From Cryomorphaceae bacterium (GTDB taxonomy: Bacteria; Bacteroidota; Bacteroidia; Flavobacteriales_D; Cryomorphaceae), in contig PXBH01000145.1 in the NCBI GenBank assembly GCA_003565555.1, positions 9,334-73,333 on the forward strand: DNA of 64,000 nt. Reading direction: 5' to 3'. The stretch's first letter is position 1, and every line of letters starts with the position of its first letter. Shown here piece after piece: positions 1-11,133 of the stretch. Position numbers and translations under genes: made by a program. The notes below the pieces were generated by a model that was given only the letters and a program-made list of their open reading frames with translations, searched no databases and was not told where the DNA came from.

Positions 1-1917
1 GCGGCTCGGTTCGCAGTGGTTGAGCTGCCCGTAGCGGTAGCGGCTCATTGCGTACGAAAGTACAGCACGCTTCTCTGCCCGTGTGAGGGCTACGTAAAAG
101 AGTCGCCGCTCTTCCTCAAGTTCGCTGCGCTCACTCAATGAGAGCTGGGAAGGAAAGAGGTTTTCTTCGAGGCCAACGATGTATACATGCCCGAACTCGA
201 GTCCTTTGGAAGCATGTATGGTCATCAGGTTTACCTTGTTGTCATCACCGTCTTCCTGATCTGCATCCGTCAGGAGGGCCACATCTACCAGAAAGTCGGC
301 GAGTTTCGGTTTTTCTCCGTCGGCGGTATTTTCTTCGTTTTCGGCAAATTCACGGATACCCCCCAAGAGCTCTTGCACGTTCTCGTATCTGCTCAGCCCT
401 TCGGGACTCTTGTCTGCATAAAGCTCGCGGAGCAGGCCCGCAGATTTTGCAATGTGTTCGGCTGCTGAAGCCGCGTCGGTCTTTTCAGCTTCTGCACGGA
501 AGCTTTTGATCATCACGGCAAATTCGTCGAGCTTCTTTCGCGTTCCCGCGTTTACCGGCAGTGAGTCCAAATTTTCGGTAATCACCGACCAGAGGCTGAC
601 CTTGGCAGCGTCGGCCGCTACGGCCATTTTTTCGAGGGTAGTCTTGCCGATGCCGCGGGCGGGATAGTTCACGACGCGCTTGAACGACTCTTCGTCGTGC
701 GGATTTGCCGTAAGGCGGTAATAGGCGAGGATGTCTTTGATCTCCTTGCGCTGATAGAAGGACTGACCGCCGTAGATGCGGTAGGGAATGTTGAGCTTGC
801 GCAGTCCCTCTTCCATGGCGCGGCTCTGTGAATTGGTGCGGTAGAGGATGGCGTAATCGCGGTAGGCATCGCCGGTTTCGGCTTGGTTGCTGAATATGTC
901 GTTGGACACGAAGAGGCCCTCATCATTGTCAGAGAGCGAACGCACCACGCGAATCAGTTCTCCGCTTCCGTTGTCTGTCCAGACTTTTTTCTCGATTTGG
1001 TTGCGGTTTTTGGCGATGATGCTGTTGGCGGCTGCTACGATGTTTTTGGTCGAGCGGTAGTTTTGTTCCAGTTTGTACAGGCCGTAGTCCGGATAGTCCT
1101 TTTTGAAATTGAGGATATTCTCAATATTGGCTCCCCGAAAGCCGTAAATGCTCTGCGCGTCATCGCCCACCACGCAAAGGTTCTCATTGAGGGCCGCGAG
1201 TTTCTTTACGATCAGGTACTGACTGAAGTTGGTGTCTTGGTACTCATCCACCATGATGTATTTGAACTTGTGCTGGTATTTGTGCAGCGTTTCGGGAAAG
1301 TCGCGGAGCAGCACATTGGTTTTGTAGAGCAGGTCGTCAAAGTCCATGGCAGACGACTTAAAGAGGCGCAGGTTGTACTCCCGGTAAATCAGGGCCATTT
1401 TGGGGCGTCCGCTCGTTTCATCGTCTGCGGTGATCTCGGGATGTTGGGCGTATGCTTTGGCGGATATGAGACTGTTCTTGGCTGATGAGATTCGGTTCAG
1501 CACGTACCCCGGCTTGTACATCTTATCGTCGAGACCCATCTCTTTAATGATGGCTTTGATGAGGTTCTTGCTGTCCGTGGTGTCGTAGATGGAGAAGTTA
1601 GAAGGGTAATTGAGCTTCTCAGATTCAATGCGAAGGATACGGGCGAAAATGCTGTGGAAGGTGCCCATCCAAATATTGCGCGCCTCGGTACCGCCGATGA
1701 GCAGGGAGATGCGCTCTTTCATTTCACGGGCGGCCTTGTTGGTGAATGTGAGTGCCAAAATCGTGAAGGGATCTGCGCCTTTATTAATAAGGTGGGCGAT
1801 GCGGTAGGTGAGTACCCGTGTTTTTCCGGAACCGGCACCGGCAATCACCATGGAGGGGCCTTCGGTATTTTCCACGGCGGCGCGCTGGGCGGGGTTGAGT
1901 TCTTTGAGATAATCCAT
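1..1917 (-). CDS. ATP-dependent DNA helicase, UvrD/PcrA/Rep family (C-terminal part lies beyond the window edge)
   Basis: The reverse-strand frame is open from the ATG at 1917 to position 1 (639 codons). It is absent from the ORF track because no stop codon falls in the window. The N-terminus reads MDYLKELNPAQRAAVENTEGPSMVIAGAGSGKTRVLTYRIAHL (Walker A GSGKT). YIMVDEYQDT (DExx box) is in frame at 1260-1231. Confidence 0.9.
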   Translation of the reverse strand, partial: MDYLKELNPAQRAAVENTEGPSMVIAGAGSGKTRVLTYRIAHLINKGADPFTILALTFTNKAAREMKERISLLIGGTEARNIWMGTFHSIFARILRIESEKLNYPSNFSIYDTTDSKNLIKAIIKEMGLDDKMYKPGYVLNRISSAKNSLISAKAYAQHPEITADDETSGRPKMALIYREYNLRLFKSSAMDFDDLLYKTNVLLRDFPETLHKYQHKFKYIMVDEYQDTNFSQYLIVKKLAALNENLCVVGDDAQSIYGFRGANIENILNFKKDYPDYGLYKLEQNYRSTKNIVAAANSIIAKNRNQIEKKVWTDNGSGELIRVVRSLSDNDEGLFVSNDIFSNQAETGDAYRDYAILYRTNSQSRAMEEGLRKLNIPYRIYGGQSFYQRKEIKDILAYYRLTANPHDEESFKRVVNYPARGIGKTTLEKMAVAADAAKVSLWSVITENLDSLPVNAGTRKKLDEFAVMIKSFRAEAEKTDAASAAEHIAKSAGLLRELYADKSPEGLSRYENVQELLGGIREFAENEENTADGEKPKLADFLVDVALLTDADQEDGDDNKVNLMTIHASKGLEFGHVYIVGLEENLFPSQLSLSERSELEEERRLFYVALTRAEKRAVLSYAMSRYRYGQLNHCEPSR

Positions 1918-1922
1918 TTCGG

Positions 1923-1930
1923 CAAAATTA
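1923..1930 (-). promoter_or_regulatory. Bacteroidota-type -7 box TAATTTTG, 5 nt upstream of the helicase ATG
   Basis: The reverse complement of 1923-1930 is TAATTTTG, a perfect TAnnTTTG match. It is followed by ccgaa and then the ATG at 1917. Confidence 0.4.
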
Positions 1931-2206
1931 CGATTTCCCTTCAGCCTCTTGCGCTTTTTTCTCGCGAAGCATGTAGCCCTTTCTCTCTGCGAAAAAAGGT
2001 GTCGCTTTCGGTGCGGGCCGGAGGCATTCTCGGCGGTGATTTCTGTTGAAAAATTCTTTCCCGAAACGTAGGGTACGCAGTTCGGGAGCCGCACGGAGCG
2101 GCGGCGCACATGATTTTATCCGCAAGCAGCCCTTTGCCCCGGCGGGGCGGGGCTTTTGCTGTGAAAATTAATTGATGTGCGCTGTTGTTTTGTACAGTAA
2201 TTCTTG

Positions 2207-2214
2207 TACATTTG
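2207..2214 (+). promoter_or_regulatory. Candidate -7 box TACATTTG for the ribosomal superoperon, with TTTG at 2189-2192 as a possible -33 element
   Basis: Perfect TAnnTTTG match about 70 nt upstream of the rpsL ATG. No other + strand gene lies upstream. Confidence 0.5.
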
Positions 2215-2284
2215 CACCCCCAATTTAGGGAAGTGCTGCGTAGTCAGCGCTGAAAAAACTTGAATAAGAGCAACTTTAAGAATT

Positions 2285-2665
2285 ATGCCAACGATATCCC
2301 AACTGGTGCGCAAAGGTCGGGTTACCAAGCCGAAAGTGAGTAAAGCAGCTGCTTTGGCCTCGTGCCCGCAGCGTCGCGGTGTATGTGTACGTGTGTACAC
2401 CACCACTCCCAAAAAGCCAAACTCAGCCATGCGTAAAGTAGCACGTGTGCGCCTTACCAACGGTAAAGAAGTGAACGCCTACATCGGCGGAGAAGGACAC
2501 AACCTCCAAGAGCACAGCATCGTGTTGGTGCGCGGCGGAAGGGTGAAGGATCTCCCGGGTGTGCGTTACCACATCGTGCGCGGTGCACTCGATACAGCGG
2601 GTGTGGGCGGCAGAACACAGCGTCGCTCTAAGTACGGAACCAAAAGGCCCAAGCCTCAGAAATAA
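2285..2665 (+). CDS. rpsL: 30S ribosomal protein S12
   Basis: 126 aa beginning [12 protein letters not shown], with [16 protein letters not shown]. First gene of the str operon. Confidence 0.98.
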   Translation: MPTISQLVRKGRVTKPKVSKAAALASCPQRRGVCVRVYTTTPKKPNSAMRKVARVRLTNGKEVNAYIGGEGHNLQEHSIVLVRGGRVKDLPGVRYHIVRGALDTAGVGGRTQRRSKYGTKRPKPQK

Positions 2666-2682
2666 TCTGATCACCTGAAGTC

Positions 2683-3150
2683 ATGAGAAGAAAGACTGCA
2701 AAAAAGCGCATCACCCTCCCGGATCCCAAATTTAATGAGGTGTTGGTCACCAAGTTTGTGAACAACATGATGCTTCAAGGTAAAAAGAACCTCGCTTATA
2801 AAATCTTTTACGATGCCCTCGCCATTGTGGATGAGAAGTCGGAAGAGCCGGGCCTTGAGGTTTGGAAAAAAGCATTGTCAAATGTGACCCCTGCTGTAGA
2901 AGTGCGCAGCCGACGGGTGGGAGGGGCCACCTTTCAAATCCCCCAGCCCGTTCGCGAAAACCGCAAGCTGGCTATGGCTATGCAATGGTTGATCTCATTT
3001 TCGCGCAAGCGCAATGAAAAAACAATGAGCCAGCGTTTGGCCAATGAAATTATGGCTGCGGCCCGTGAAGAAGGTGCTGCATTCAAAAAGAAGGAGGACA
3101 CGCACCGTATGGCAGAAGCCAACCGCGCATTCTCGCATTTCAGATTTTAA
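2683..3150 (+). CDS. rpsG: 30S ribosomal protein S7
   Basis: 155 aa beginning [17 protein letters not shown]. Follows rpsL. Confidence 0.97.
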   Translation: MRRKTAKKRITLPDPKFNEVLVTKFVNNMMLQGKKNLAYKIFYDALAIVDEKSEEPGLEVWKKALSNVTPAVEVRSRRVGGATFQIPQPVRENRKLAMAMQWLISFSRKRNEKTMSQRLANEIMAAAREEGAAFKKKEDTHRMAEANRAFSHFRF

Positions 3151-3175
3151 ATAAACGCCGAGAAACAGTATAACA

Positions 3176-5284
3176 ATGGCAAAGAGAGACCTTACATACA
3201 CGCGGAACATCGGAATTGCAGCGCATATCGATGCCGGCAAGACGACCACTACGGAGCGTATCTTGTACTACGGCGGTGTGAGCCACAAAATCGGTGAAGT
3301 GCACGACGGTGCCGCCACCATGGACTGGATGGAGCAAGAGCAGGAGCGCGGTATTACCATTACTTCTGCAGCGACTACCCTCAATTGGCCCTACCGCGGA
3401 AAAGATTACCATGTGAATATCATCGACACCCCGGGCCACGTGGACTTCACCGTAGAAGTGAACCGCTCGCTCCGTGTACTCGACGGATTGGTATTTCTTT
3501 TCAGCGCCGTAGACGGCGTGGAGCCGCAATCAGAGACCAACTGGAGGCTCGCAGACAATTACAACGTGCCCCGCATCGGCTTCGTCAACAAGATGGACCG
3601 TCAGGGTGCCGATTTCCTCAATGTATGCGGACAGGTGAAGACCATGCTCGGGAGCCACGCCCTCCCGCTCCAATTGCCCATCGGCGCTGAAGACGACTTC
3701 AAAGGAGTGATCGACCTGATCAACTTCCGCGGAATCGTTTGGAATGAGGAGGACATGGGTATGACATTTAACGAGGTGGATATACCCGCCGAGTTGATGG
3801 AGGAAGCGGAAGAGTACCGCGAAAAATTGCTCGAGGCCGTTGCTGAGTTCAACGATACCCTCATGGAAAAATATTTCGAGGATCCCGAATCGCTCACCGA
3901 GCGCGAAATCCTCGACGCTCTGCGCGAAGCCACCATTGCGGGAAAAGTAGTTCCCATGATGTGTGGTTCGGCCTTTAAAAACAAAGGCGTGCAGGCTATG
4001 CTCGACATGGTGATGGAGATCCTTCCTTCACCTCTGGATGTAGAAGCCATTGTAGGTACCAACCCCGACACGGATCAGGAAGAGAAGCGTAAGCCGGGTT
4101 ATGATGAGCCTTTTGCCGCCCTCGCCTTTAAAATTGCTACCGACCCCTTCGTAGGTCGTCTGTGCTTTTCCAGGGTGTATTCGGGCGTGCTTGAGTCGGG
4201 CTCATACGTGCTCAATGCCCGTACCACGAAGAAAGAGCGCATCTCGCGTATCTTCCAAATGCATGCCAATAAGCAGAACCAAATTGATACCCTCGGCGCC
4301 GGTGACATCGGAGCTCTTGTAGGCTTCAAGGACATCAAGACAGGGGATACACTCTGTGATGAGAAGCGTCCCATCGTGCTTGAATCTATGAATTTCCCCG
4401 AGCCGGTAATCGGTTTGGCCATCGAGCCCAAGACGCAGTCCGATGTGGACAAACTCGGTATCGCGCTTTCAAAACTGGCTGAAGAAGACCCCACTTTTCA
4501 GGTGAAGACCGATGAGGATTCGGGACAAACTGTCATCAGCGGTATGGGAGAGCTTCACCTCGATATTATTTGCGACCGCCTCCGCAGGGAGTTTAAAGTG
4601 GAAGTAAATCAGGGTGCGCCTCAGGTTTCATACAAAGAGGCCATCAGCGGAAGCGTAGCACACCGCGAAGTGTACAAGAAGCAGACCGGTGGTCGCGGAA
4701 AATTCGCGGACATTCAGGTAGTGATCGAGCCCGGTTCGGCAGAAAAGCCCGGATTGGAATTCGTCAATGAAATTAAGGGCGGAAACGTACCGCGTGAATT
4801 CATTCCTTCGATTGAAAAAGGATTCGCCGAAGCCATGAAAAACGGTGTACTTGCCGGATATCCTCTGGATTACCTGAAGGTGACACTGAAGGACGGTTCT
4901 TTTCACGCGGTTGACTCTGACCAACTCTCTTTTGAGTTGGCTGCGAAACTCGCATTCCGCACCGCTATTCCCAAGGCAAGTCCGGTACTCTTGGAGCCTA
5001 TCATGAAGCTCGAAGTGTTGACTCCTGAGGAAAACATGGGGGACATTGTAGGCGACCTCAACCGCCGTCGCGGCATGATGGAAGGTATGGGCGACCGCTC
5101 CGGCTCTAAAGTCGTAAAGGCAAAGGTGCCCCTTTCGGAAATGTTTGGCTACGTGACGCAACTGCGCACCATGTCGTCCGGCCGGGCTACCTCTACCATG
5201 GAATTTTCACACTTTGCCGAAGCGCCGAAAAACGTGGCTGACGAAGTGATCGCCAAGGTGAAAGGTAAAAACGTAGAAGCATAA
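3176..5284 (+). CDS. fusA: Elongation factor G
   Basis: 702 aa with GTPase motifs [17 protein letters not shown] and NKMD. Canonical position after rpsG. Confidence 0.98.
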   Translation: MAKRDLTYTRNIGIAAHIDAGKTTTTERILYYGGVSHKIGEVHDGAATMDWMEQEQERGITITSAATTLNWPYRGKDYHVNIIDTPGHVDFTVEVNRSLRVLDGLVFLFSAVDGVEPQSETNWRLADNYNVPRIGFVNKMDRQGADFLNVCGQVKTMLGSHALPLQLPIGAEDDFKGVIDLINFRGIVWNEEDMGMTFNEVDIPAELMEEAEEYREKLLEAVAEFNDTLMEKYFEDPESLTEREILDALREATIAGKVVPMMCGSAFKNKGVQAMLDMVMEILPSPLDVEAIVGTNPDTDQEEKRKPGYDEPFAALAFKIATDPFVGRLCFSRVYSGVLESGSYVLNARTTKKERISRIFQMHANKQNQIDTLGAGDIGALVGFKDIKTGDTLCDEKRPIVLESMNFPEPVIGLAIEPKTQSDVDKLGIALSKLAEEDPTFQVKTDEDSGQTVISGMGELHLDIICDRLRREFKVEVNQGAPQVSYKEAISGSVAHREVYKKQTGGRGKFADIQVVIEPGSAEKPGLEFVNEIKGGNVPREFIPSIEKGFAEAMKNGVLAGYPLDYLKVTLKDGSFHAVDSDQLSFELAAKLAFRTAIPKASPVLLEPIMKLEVLTPEENMGDIVGDLNRRRGMMEGMGDRSGSKVVKAKVPLSEMFGYVTQLRTMSSGRATSTMEFSHFAEAPKNVADEVIAKVKGKNVEA

Positions 5285-5302
5285 ACCGCAGTATTCATAA
5301 CG

Positions 5303-5608
5303 ATGAGTCAGAAAATTCGCATAAAGCTTAAGTCATACGACCACAACCTTGTCGACAAGTCGGCAGAGAAGATCGTAAAGACAGTAAAGACAACAGGAGC
5401 CGTGGTGAGCGGACCTATTCCGCTGCCCACCCACAAGCGCATCTACACGGTTTTGCGTTCTCCCCACGTGAATAAGAAGTCACGCGAGCAATTTGAGCTT
5501 TGCGCCTACAAGCGCTTGCTCGACATCTACAGTTCGTCTTCAAAAACAGTAGATGCACTCATGCGCCTTGAGCTCCCCAGCGGAGTAGAGGTGGAAATCA
5601 AAGTTTGA
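5303..5608 (+). CDS. rpsJ: 30S ribosomal protein S10
   Basis: 101 aa beginning [14 protein letters not shown]. Heads the S10 block. Confidence 0.97.
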   Translation: MSQKIRIKLKSYDHNLVDKSAEKIVKTVKTTGAVVSGPIPLPTHKRIYTVLRSPHVNKKSREQFELCAYKRLLDIYSSSSKTVDALMRLELPSGVEVEIKV

Positions 5609-5627
5609 CACAGTAATAACCAGGAAA

Positions 5628-6248
5628 ATGCCGGGATTAATAGGTAAAAAAATCGGAATGACCAGCATGTTCAATGCGGACGGTAAAAACGTCGCTTGCA
5701 CAATTATACAGGCCGGTCCTTGCGTGGTAACGCAAGTGAAGACCGAAGAGACTGACGGATACAATGCCGTTCAGCTCGGCTTCGGCGAAAGGAAGGAGAA
5801 ACATACTCCCGCTCCAATGAAAGGGCATTTCAAAAAAGCGAAGACTACACCGAAGCGAAAGCTCGTAGAGTTTTCAGGTTTTGAACAAGACTTGAAGGCC
5901 GGTGACGAGATCGGGGTGGACCTTTTTCAGGAAGGTGAGTTCATCGACGTATCGGGAAAGACCAAAGGAAAGGGTTTTCAGGGCGTAGTGAAGCGCCATG
6001 GTTTCGGCGGGGTGGGTCAAGCCACCCACGGTCAGCACAACCGCGGACGTGCGCCGGGATCTATCGGTGCTGCATCTTATCCCGCACGTGTATTCAAAGG
6101 AATGCGCATGGCCGGCCAAACGGGCAATTCAAAGGTGACCTTCGAGAACAGTGAAGTGCTCAAAATAATCCCCGAGCAGTCGCTCCTCATCGTGCGCGGA
6201 TCTGTACCCGGCCCGAACGGCGGTTACGTAATTTTAGAAAGAAACTGA
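5628..6248 (+). CDS. rplC: 50S ribosomal protein L3
   Basis: 206 aa beginning [15 protein letters not shown]. Confidence 0.97.
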   Translation: MPGLIGKKIGMTSMFNADGKNVACTIIQAGPCVVTQVKTEETDGYNAVQLGFGERKEKHTPAPMKGHFKKAKTTPKRKLVEFSGFEQDLKAGDEIGVDLFQEGEFIDVSGKTKGKGFQGVVKRHGFGGVGQATHGQHNRGRAPGSIGAASYPARVFKGMRMAGQTGNSKVTFENSEVLKIIPEQSLLIVRGSVPGPNGGYVILERN

Positions 6249-6249
6249 C

Positions 6250-6885
6250 ATGGACGTAGCAGTATACAATATTCAGGGTAAAGAGACCAAGAAGGTCGCT
6301 CTGAACGAGGAAATATTCGGGATTGCGCCCAATGACCACGCCATCTATCTCGACGTTAAGCAATACGGTGCCAACAACAGGCAAGGTACGCACAAGACCA
6401 AAGAGCGTGCTGAAATTGCCGGAAGTACCCGTAAGATTAAGAAGCAAAAAGGTACAGGCACTGCCCGTGCCGGCAGCATCAAGAATCCGCTCTTCCGCGG
6501 AGGAGGACGTGTTTTCGGACCGAAACCCCGCGACTACAGCTTTAAGCTGAATAAGAAGCTGAAGGTTTTGGCGAGAAAGTCGGCGCTGAGCTACAAGGCC
6601 AAAGACAACATGATCACCGTGGTGGAGGACTTCAAAATGGACAGCCCCAAGACGAAGCACTACCTGGCCATCATGGATGCACTTAAAGTTTCTGATCAAA
6701 AACCGCTTTTGGTGTTGAGCGAGAAAGATAAAACACTATCTTTGTCCTCCCGAAATTGCCAAGGGCATAAAGTTGTGTCGGCCAATGAGTTATGTACTTA
6801 TGACATTCTCCGACACAAGGCACTGGTAATCTCGGAAAGCGCATTGCCGCTTATTGAGAATAACTTAAACCGCTTTCAACGATGA
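6250..6885 (+). CDS. rplD: 50S ribosomal protein L4
   Basis: 211 aa containing [32 protein letters not shown]. Confidence 0.96.
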   Translation: MDVAVYNIQGKETKKVALNEEIFGIAPNDHAIYLDVKQYGANNRQGTHKTKERAEIAGSTRKIKKQKGTGTARAGSIKNPLFRGGGRVFGPKPRDYSFKLNKKLKVLARKSALSYKAKDNMITVVEDFKMDSPKTKHYLAIMDALKVSDQKPLLVLSEKDKTLSLSSRNCQGHKVVSANELCTYDILRHKALVISESALPLIENNLNRFQR

Positions 6886-7175
6886 GTCAAATTATCATTA
6901 AGCCGATCATCACGGAGAAAATGACTGCTGTAACCGAGGATCTAAATCGGTTCGGTTTCATTGTGGACAATACGGCCAACAAGATTCAGATCAAGGATGC
7001 GGTTGAAAAGCTTTACGGTGTGAACGTGGAGAATGTATGGACCATGCGTTATGCCGGAAAGTCAAAGAGCAAGTTTACAAAGGCGGGATTGATCTCGGGA
7101 AAAACAAAGGCTTTTAAGAAAGCTGTTGTTTCTCTTGCCGAAGGAGAGACCATTGACCTTTACAGCAACATTTAA
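6882..7175 (+). CDS. rplW: 50S ribosomal protein L23
   Basis: 97 aa. ATGA overlap with rplD, in the canonical position. Confidence 0.95.
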   Translation: MSQIIIKPIITEKMTAVTEDLNRFGFIVDNTANKIQIKDAVEKLYGVNVENVWTMRYAGKSKSKFTKAGLISGKTKAFKKAVVSLAEGETIDLYSNI

Positions 7176-7186
7176 CAAGAGTAAAG

Positions 7187-8011
7187 ATGCCTGTAAGAAA
7201 ATTACGACCCACTACACCGGGACAACGCCATAAGATTATCGGGACCTTCTCGGAGGTGACCGCGTCAAAGCCGGAGAAGAGCCTGTTGGCTCCCATGAAA
7301 AAATCGGGCGGACGTAACAACACCGGTAAAATGACCATGCGTTACATGGGGGGCGGGCATAAGCGTCGCTACCGTATCATTGACTTCAAGCGCAATAAGT
7401 TTGGAGTGAACGGAACCGTAGAGACCGTTGAATATGATCCGAACCGTACCGCGCGTATTGCCTTGGTTAAATACGCGGACGGTGAAAAGCGTTACATCAT
7501 CGCTCCCGAAGGTATTCAGGTAGGACAGACCGTAGTAAGCGGAGAAGGTGCTCCTGTGGAAGTGGGCAATGCCCTTTTTCTGAAAGACCTTCCTTTGGGT
7601 ACGGTGATACACAATATCGAAATGAAGCCCGGTCAGGGCGGAATCATCGCCCGCGGTGCCGGGGCTTACGCCCAGCTCAACGCACGCGACGGTAAGTATG
7701 CCATTCTCAAAATGCCGAGCGGTGAAACCAGAATGATTCTGACTTCCTGCCTTGCCACGGTAGGAAGCGTGAGCAACGGGGAGCATTCCCTTGAAATTTC
7801 GGGAAAGGCGGGCCGCAGCCGATGGAAGGGACGTCGTCCCAGAGTGCGCGGTGTAGTGATGAACCCCGTAGATCACCCGATGGGCGGTGGAGAAGGCCGT
7901 GCCTCAGGAGGTCACCCGCGTTCGCGCAACGGTATCCCCGCCAAGGGATACAAGACCCGGAGCAAGAAAAAAGCTTCGAACAAATACATTATTGAACGCA
8001 GAAAGAAATAA
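7187..8011 (+). CDS. rplB: 50S ribosomal protein L2
   Basis: 274 aa containing GGGHKRRYR and [14 protein letters not shown]. Confidence 0.98.
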   Translation: MPVRKLRPTTPGQRHKIIGTFSEVTASKPEKSLLAPMKKSGGRNNTGKMTMRYMGGGHKRRYRIIDFKRNKFGVNGTVETVEYDPNRTARIALVKYADGEKRYIIAPEGIQVGQTVVSGEGAPVEVGNALFLKDLPLGTVIHNIEMKPGQGGIIARGAGAYAQLNARDGKYAILKMPSGETRMILTSCLATVGSVSNGEHSLEISGKAGRSRWKGRRPRVRGVVMNPVDHPMGGGEGRASGGHPRSRNGIPAKGYKTRSKKKASNKYIIERRKK

Positions 8012-8018
8012 TTGAAGC

Positions 8019-8297
8019 ATGAGTCGATCGCTTAAAAAACCGCCTTTCGTGCACTACAAGCTTCAAAAGCGTGTAGATGACGCACAGTCGGCAGGAAAGA
8101 AATCCGTGATCAAAACATGGTCGAGGGCCAGCACCATCACACCTGATTTTGTAGGCTTGACCGTCGCAGTTCACAACGGTAACAAATTTATACCCGTTTA
8201 TGTCACCGAGAATATGGTGGGACATAAATTGGGAGAATTTTCTCCGACGCGCACCTTCCGAGGCCACGCCGGAAACCGAAAAGACAAGAAAAGATAA
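8019..8297 (+). CDS. rpsS: 30S ribosomal protein S19
   Basis: 92 aa beginning [11 protein letters not shown], with GHKLGEF. Confidence 0.97.
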   Translation: MSRSLKKPPFVHYKLQKRVDDAQSAGKKSVIKTWSRASTITPDFVGLTVAVHNGNKFIPVYVTENMVGHKLGEFSPTRTFRGHAGNRKDKKR

Positions 8298-8326
8298 TTT
8301 GCCTGAAGGCAATAAATTGAATACCC

Positions 8327-8722
8327 ATGGGTAACAGGAAAAGACTGGCAGCAGAAGCACGCAAAGAGGCCCGAAAGAAAGTGGCTGTTGCAAAGCTGAA
8401 CAATGTGCCGACATCTCCCCGAAAGATGAGGCTTGTGGCTGATGTGATTCGCGGCGAAGATGTGCTCAAAGCACTGGCCGTATTGAAACACATGCCGCAA
8501 GATGCAGCGCGTCGCTTGGAAAAACTTCTGCTCAGTGCCATTGCCAACTGGCAGGCAAAACACGAAGATGAAAGTGCCGACGACGCCAACCTCGTGGTCA
8601 AAGAAATCTCAGTAGACAGTGCCAGGATGCTTAAGCGTCTGCGTCCCGCTCCTCAAGGAAGGGCCCACCGCATTCGCAAGCGATCAAACCACGTCACTAT
8701 TATACTCGACAGCGCCAAATAA
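8327..8722 (+). CDS. rplV: 50S ribosomal protein L22
   Basis: 131 aa lying between rpsS and rpsC. Contains [15 protein letters not shown]. Confidence 0.93.
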   Translation: MGNRKRLAAEARKEARKKVAVAKLNNVPTSPRKMRLVADVIRGEDVLKALAVLKHMPQDAARRLEKLLLSAIANWQAKHEDESADDANLVVKEISVDSARMLKRLRPAPQGRAHRIRKRSNHVTIILDSAK

Positions 8723-8724
8723 TT

Positions 8725-9453
8725 ATGGGACAAAAAACAAATCCAATAGGAAACAGACTTGGTTTCATCCGCGGATGGGATTCTAACTGGTTCGGGGGCA
8801 ACGACTATTCAGATAAGATCGTTGAAGACGACAAAATACGCCAGTACCTTAAGGTGCGTTTGGCCAAGGCCAGCGTTGCTTCCGTCATCATCGAGCGCAC
8901 ACTGAAGCTGGTGACCATTACGATCAAAACAGCGCGTCCCGGAATTATCATCGGTCGTCAGGGAAGTGAAGTGGACAAGCTCAAAGAAGAGTTGAAGAAG
9001 TTGACCGGAAAAGACGTGCAGATCAACATTTTTGAGATCAAGCGCCCGGAACTCGACGCCCGTCTTGTGGCAGACAGTATAGCCCGTCAAATCGAGGGGA
9101 GGATTTCCTTCCGACGCGCGGTCAAAATGTCCATTGCCTCTACTATGCGTATGGGTGCAGAGGGAATCAAGGTAACTGTTTCGGGGCGTCTCAACGGTGC
9201 TGAAATGGCTCGGACGGAATCTTACAAAGAAGGACGTACACCTTTGCACACATTCCGTGCTGACATTGATTACGCCCTCTCGGAAGCCCACACAAAAATG
9301 GGACGCATCGGCGTCAAAGTGTGGATTTGTAAAGGAGAAGTGTACGGCAAACGAGACCTTTCCCCGATTATCGAGACGGGAAAAACGCAGGCCGCTCAGC
9401 CCAAAGGTATGCCGCGCAGACCGCGCGGAGGTGCACGCGGAGGCCGCAGATAA
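8725..9453 (+). CDS. rpsC: 30S ribosomal protein S3
   Basis: 242 aa beginning [13 protein letters not shown]. Has a basic RG-rich C-terminal tail. Confidence 0.97.
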   Translation: MGQKTNPIGNRLGFIRGWDSNWFGGNDYSDKIVEDDKIRQYLKVRLAKASVASVIIERTLKLVTITIKTARPGIIIGRQGSEVDKLKEELKKLTGKDVQINIFEIKRPELDARLVADSIARQIEGRISFRRAVKMSIASTMRMGAEGIKVTVSGRLNGAEMARTESYKEGRTPLHTFRADIDYALSEAHTKMGRIGVKVWICKGEVYGKRDLSPIIETGKTQAAQPKGMPRRPRGGARGGRR

Positions 9454-9484
9454 GATTAATTGAAGCGAACAATATTCAGAAGCG

Positions 9485-9904
9485 ATGTTACAGCCAAAGA
9501 AAACGAAATTCAGAAAGATGCAGAAAGGCCGCATGAAGGGCAACGCGACCCGCGGTACTTCGATTGCTTTCGGCTCTTTCGCCATCAAAACCCTCGATGA
9601 GGCCTTCATTACCTCGCGACAGATCGAGGCCGCACGTATTGCGGTAACACGCTTCATGAAGCGTGAAGGAAAAGTGTGGATCCGCATCTTCCCGGACAAG
9701 CCCATAACGGCAAAACCGGCCGAAGTAAGGATGGGTAAAGGAAAAGGTGCGCCCAGCCACTGGGTAGCTCCCGTACGTCCGGGCCGTGTTTTGTTCGAGG
9801 CAGACGGCGTTCCGTTGAATGTTGCTCAGGAGGCATTGCGTCTTGCCGCGCAAAAACTGCCGGTGAGAACCAAGTTTATTGTTCGAAGAGATTACCAAGC
9901 ATAA
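9485..9904 (+). CDS. rplP: 50S ribosomal protein L16
   Basis: 139 aa beginning [19 protein letters not shown]. Confidence 0.97.
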   Translation: MLQPKKTKFRKMQKGRMKGNATRGTSIAFGSFAIKTLDEAFITSRQIEAARIAVTRFMKREGKVWIRIFPDKPITAKPAEVRMGKGKGAPSHWVAPVRPGRVLFEADGVPLNVAQEALRLAAQKLPVRTKFIVRRDYQA

Positions 9905-9914
9905 TTCCGGAGTG

Positions 9915-10118
9915 ATGAAAGCAAAAGACATAGCAGAGCTCACCACGGCTGAAGTAGCCGAGAAGCTCGAAATCGAGTTGGAAAACTACAACAAGTTGAA
10001 GCTCAATCACGCGGTGGCTCCTTTGGAGAATCCTGTACAGTTGAGGTTCAAGAGAAAATTTATCGCACGCCTGAGAACAGACCTGCGCAAAAGAAAAACG
10101 GCTGAGGCCGCGAAATAA
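9915..10118 (+). CDS. rpmC: 50S ribosomal protein L29
   Basis: The ATG at 9915 gives 67 aa beginning MKAKDIAELTTAEVAEKL. The ORF-track start at 9879 overlaps rplP and is probably too far upstream. Confidence 0.9.
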   Translation: MKAKDIAELTTAEVAEKLEIELENYNKLKLNHAVAPLENPVQLRFKRKFIARLRTDLRKRKTAEAAK

Positions 10119-10127
10119 CACTTTATC

Positions 10128-10427
10128 ATGTCAGAAGAGAAAGTCATGTCAGAGGAGAAAGCTGCGGAAGGCTTGCAAAGAAATTTGCGGAAGCAGCGCG
10201 TCGGCGTCGTTACAAGCGACAAAATGGACAAGTCCATCAGCGTCGTTGTCGAGCGCAAAGTGAAACACCCCCTTTACGGGAAATTCATGAAGAGCACCAA
10301 GAAATTCATGGCGCACGACGAGAAGAATGATGCCAATATCGGTGACACCGTACGGATCATGGAAACCAGAAAGCTGAGCAAAAACAAGAATTGGCGCTTG
10401 GTTGAAATCCTCGAAAGAGCTAAATAA
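10128..10427 (+). CDS. rpsQ: 30S ribosomal protein S17
   Basis: 99 aa containing [27 protein letters not shown] second in-frame ATG at 10146 is an alternative start. Confidence 0.93.
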   Translation: MSEEKVMSEEKAAEGLQRNLRKQRVGVVTSDKMDKSISVVVERKVKHPLYGKFMKSTKKFMAHDEKNDANIGDTVRIMETRKLSKNKNWRLVEILERAK

Positions 10428-10436
10428 TATTGAACG

Positions 10437-10805
10437 ATGATACAGCAGGAAAGCAGGCTTAAAGTAGCCGACAACAGCGGCGCCAAAGAAGTGCTATGCA
10501 TCCGAGTCCTCGGAGGAACCGGACGCAGGTATGCCTCTATAGGTGACAAGATTGTTGTATCTGTGAAGGCTGCGATGCCTTCCGGAAATATCAAGAAGGG
10601 CGTGGTTTCCAAAGCCGTTGTGGTGCGTACCCGAAAGGAAGTGCGCAGACAGGACGGATCCTACATCCGTTTTGACGACAATGCCGTGGTATTACTTAAC
10701 AATGCCGGCGAAATGCGCGGAACGCGAATCTTCGGCCCGGTAGCACGTGAATTGCGTGACAAGCAATTTATGAAGATTGTATCACTGGCTCCAGAAGTAC
10801 TCTAA
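10437..10805 (+). CDS. rplN: 50S ribosomal protein L14
   Basis: 122 aa beginning [17 protein letters not shown]. Confidence 0.98.
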   Translation: MIQQESRLKVADNSGAKEVLCIRVLGGTGRRYASIGDKIVVSVKAAMPSGNIKKGVVSKAVVVRTRKEVRRQDGSYIRFDDNAVVLLNNAGEMRGTRIFGPVARELRDKQFMKIVSLAPEVL

Positions 10806-10816
10806 ATTACAGAGCA

Positions 10817-11131
10817 ATGAAAATTCACATTAAGAAAGACGACCTGGTTGAGGTAATCAGCGGCGAGCATAAGGGAAGCACCGGAAGGGTGGTATCCGTA
10901 GACCGCGAAAAATACCGTGCCGTCGTAGAAGGCGTAAATTTGGTGTCAAAGCACACCAAGCCGGGTGCCGACAATCCTCAGGGCGGCATCATCAAAAAAG
11001 AAGCACCTCTGCACATCAGTAATTTACTTTTGGTAAATGCCAAGACAGGCAAAGGTGAAAGGGTAGGCCGCAAGAAAGACGCCGAAGGCAAATCAGTGCG
11101 GTATTTCAAAAAATCAGGTGAACTCGTATAA
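10817..11131 (+). CDS. rplX: 50S ribosomal protein L24
   Basis: 104 aa with a KOW-type N-terminus, [25 protein letters not shown]. Confidence 0.95.
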   Translation: MKIHIKKDDLVEVISGEHKGSTGRVVSVDREKYRAVVEGVNLVSKHTKPGADNPQGGIIKKEAPLHISNLLLVNAKTGKGERVGRKKDAEGKSVRYFKKSGELV

Positions 11132-11133
11132 TC

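Noticed and set aside
2139-2160. GC-rich hairpin gcccc-ggcggggc-ggggc followed by TTTT in the helicase/rpsL divergent region
   Set aside because: No + strand gene lies upstream for it to terminate. The stem is only 5 bp and its context is ambiguous. It may be incidental.
2189-2198. The 10-mer TTGTACAGTA is shared by the rpsL upstream region and the region upstream of the 514-aa gene (about 20783-20792)
   Set aside because: A single shared 10-mer has a chance expectation of the order of 0.1 in this window. No extended similarity surrounds it. Evidence for a regulatory motif is insufficient.
5284-5303. Absence of tuf between fusA and rpsJ
   Set aside because: This is the normal arrangement in Bacteroidota, where tuf lies elsewhere near secE and nusG. 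It is not a deletion or anomaly.
8809-9705. 298-aa minus-strand ORF inside the ribosomal operon
   Set aside because: It is antisense to rpsC and rplP, which are unambiguous. The same reasoning applies to other antisense ORFs: 883-1485, 28677-29693, 39064-39957, 54318-55235, 58858-59784, 61317-62276 and 62789-63625.
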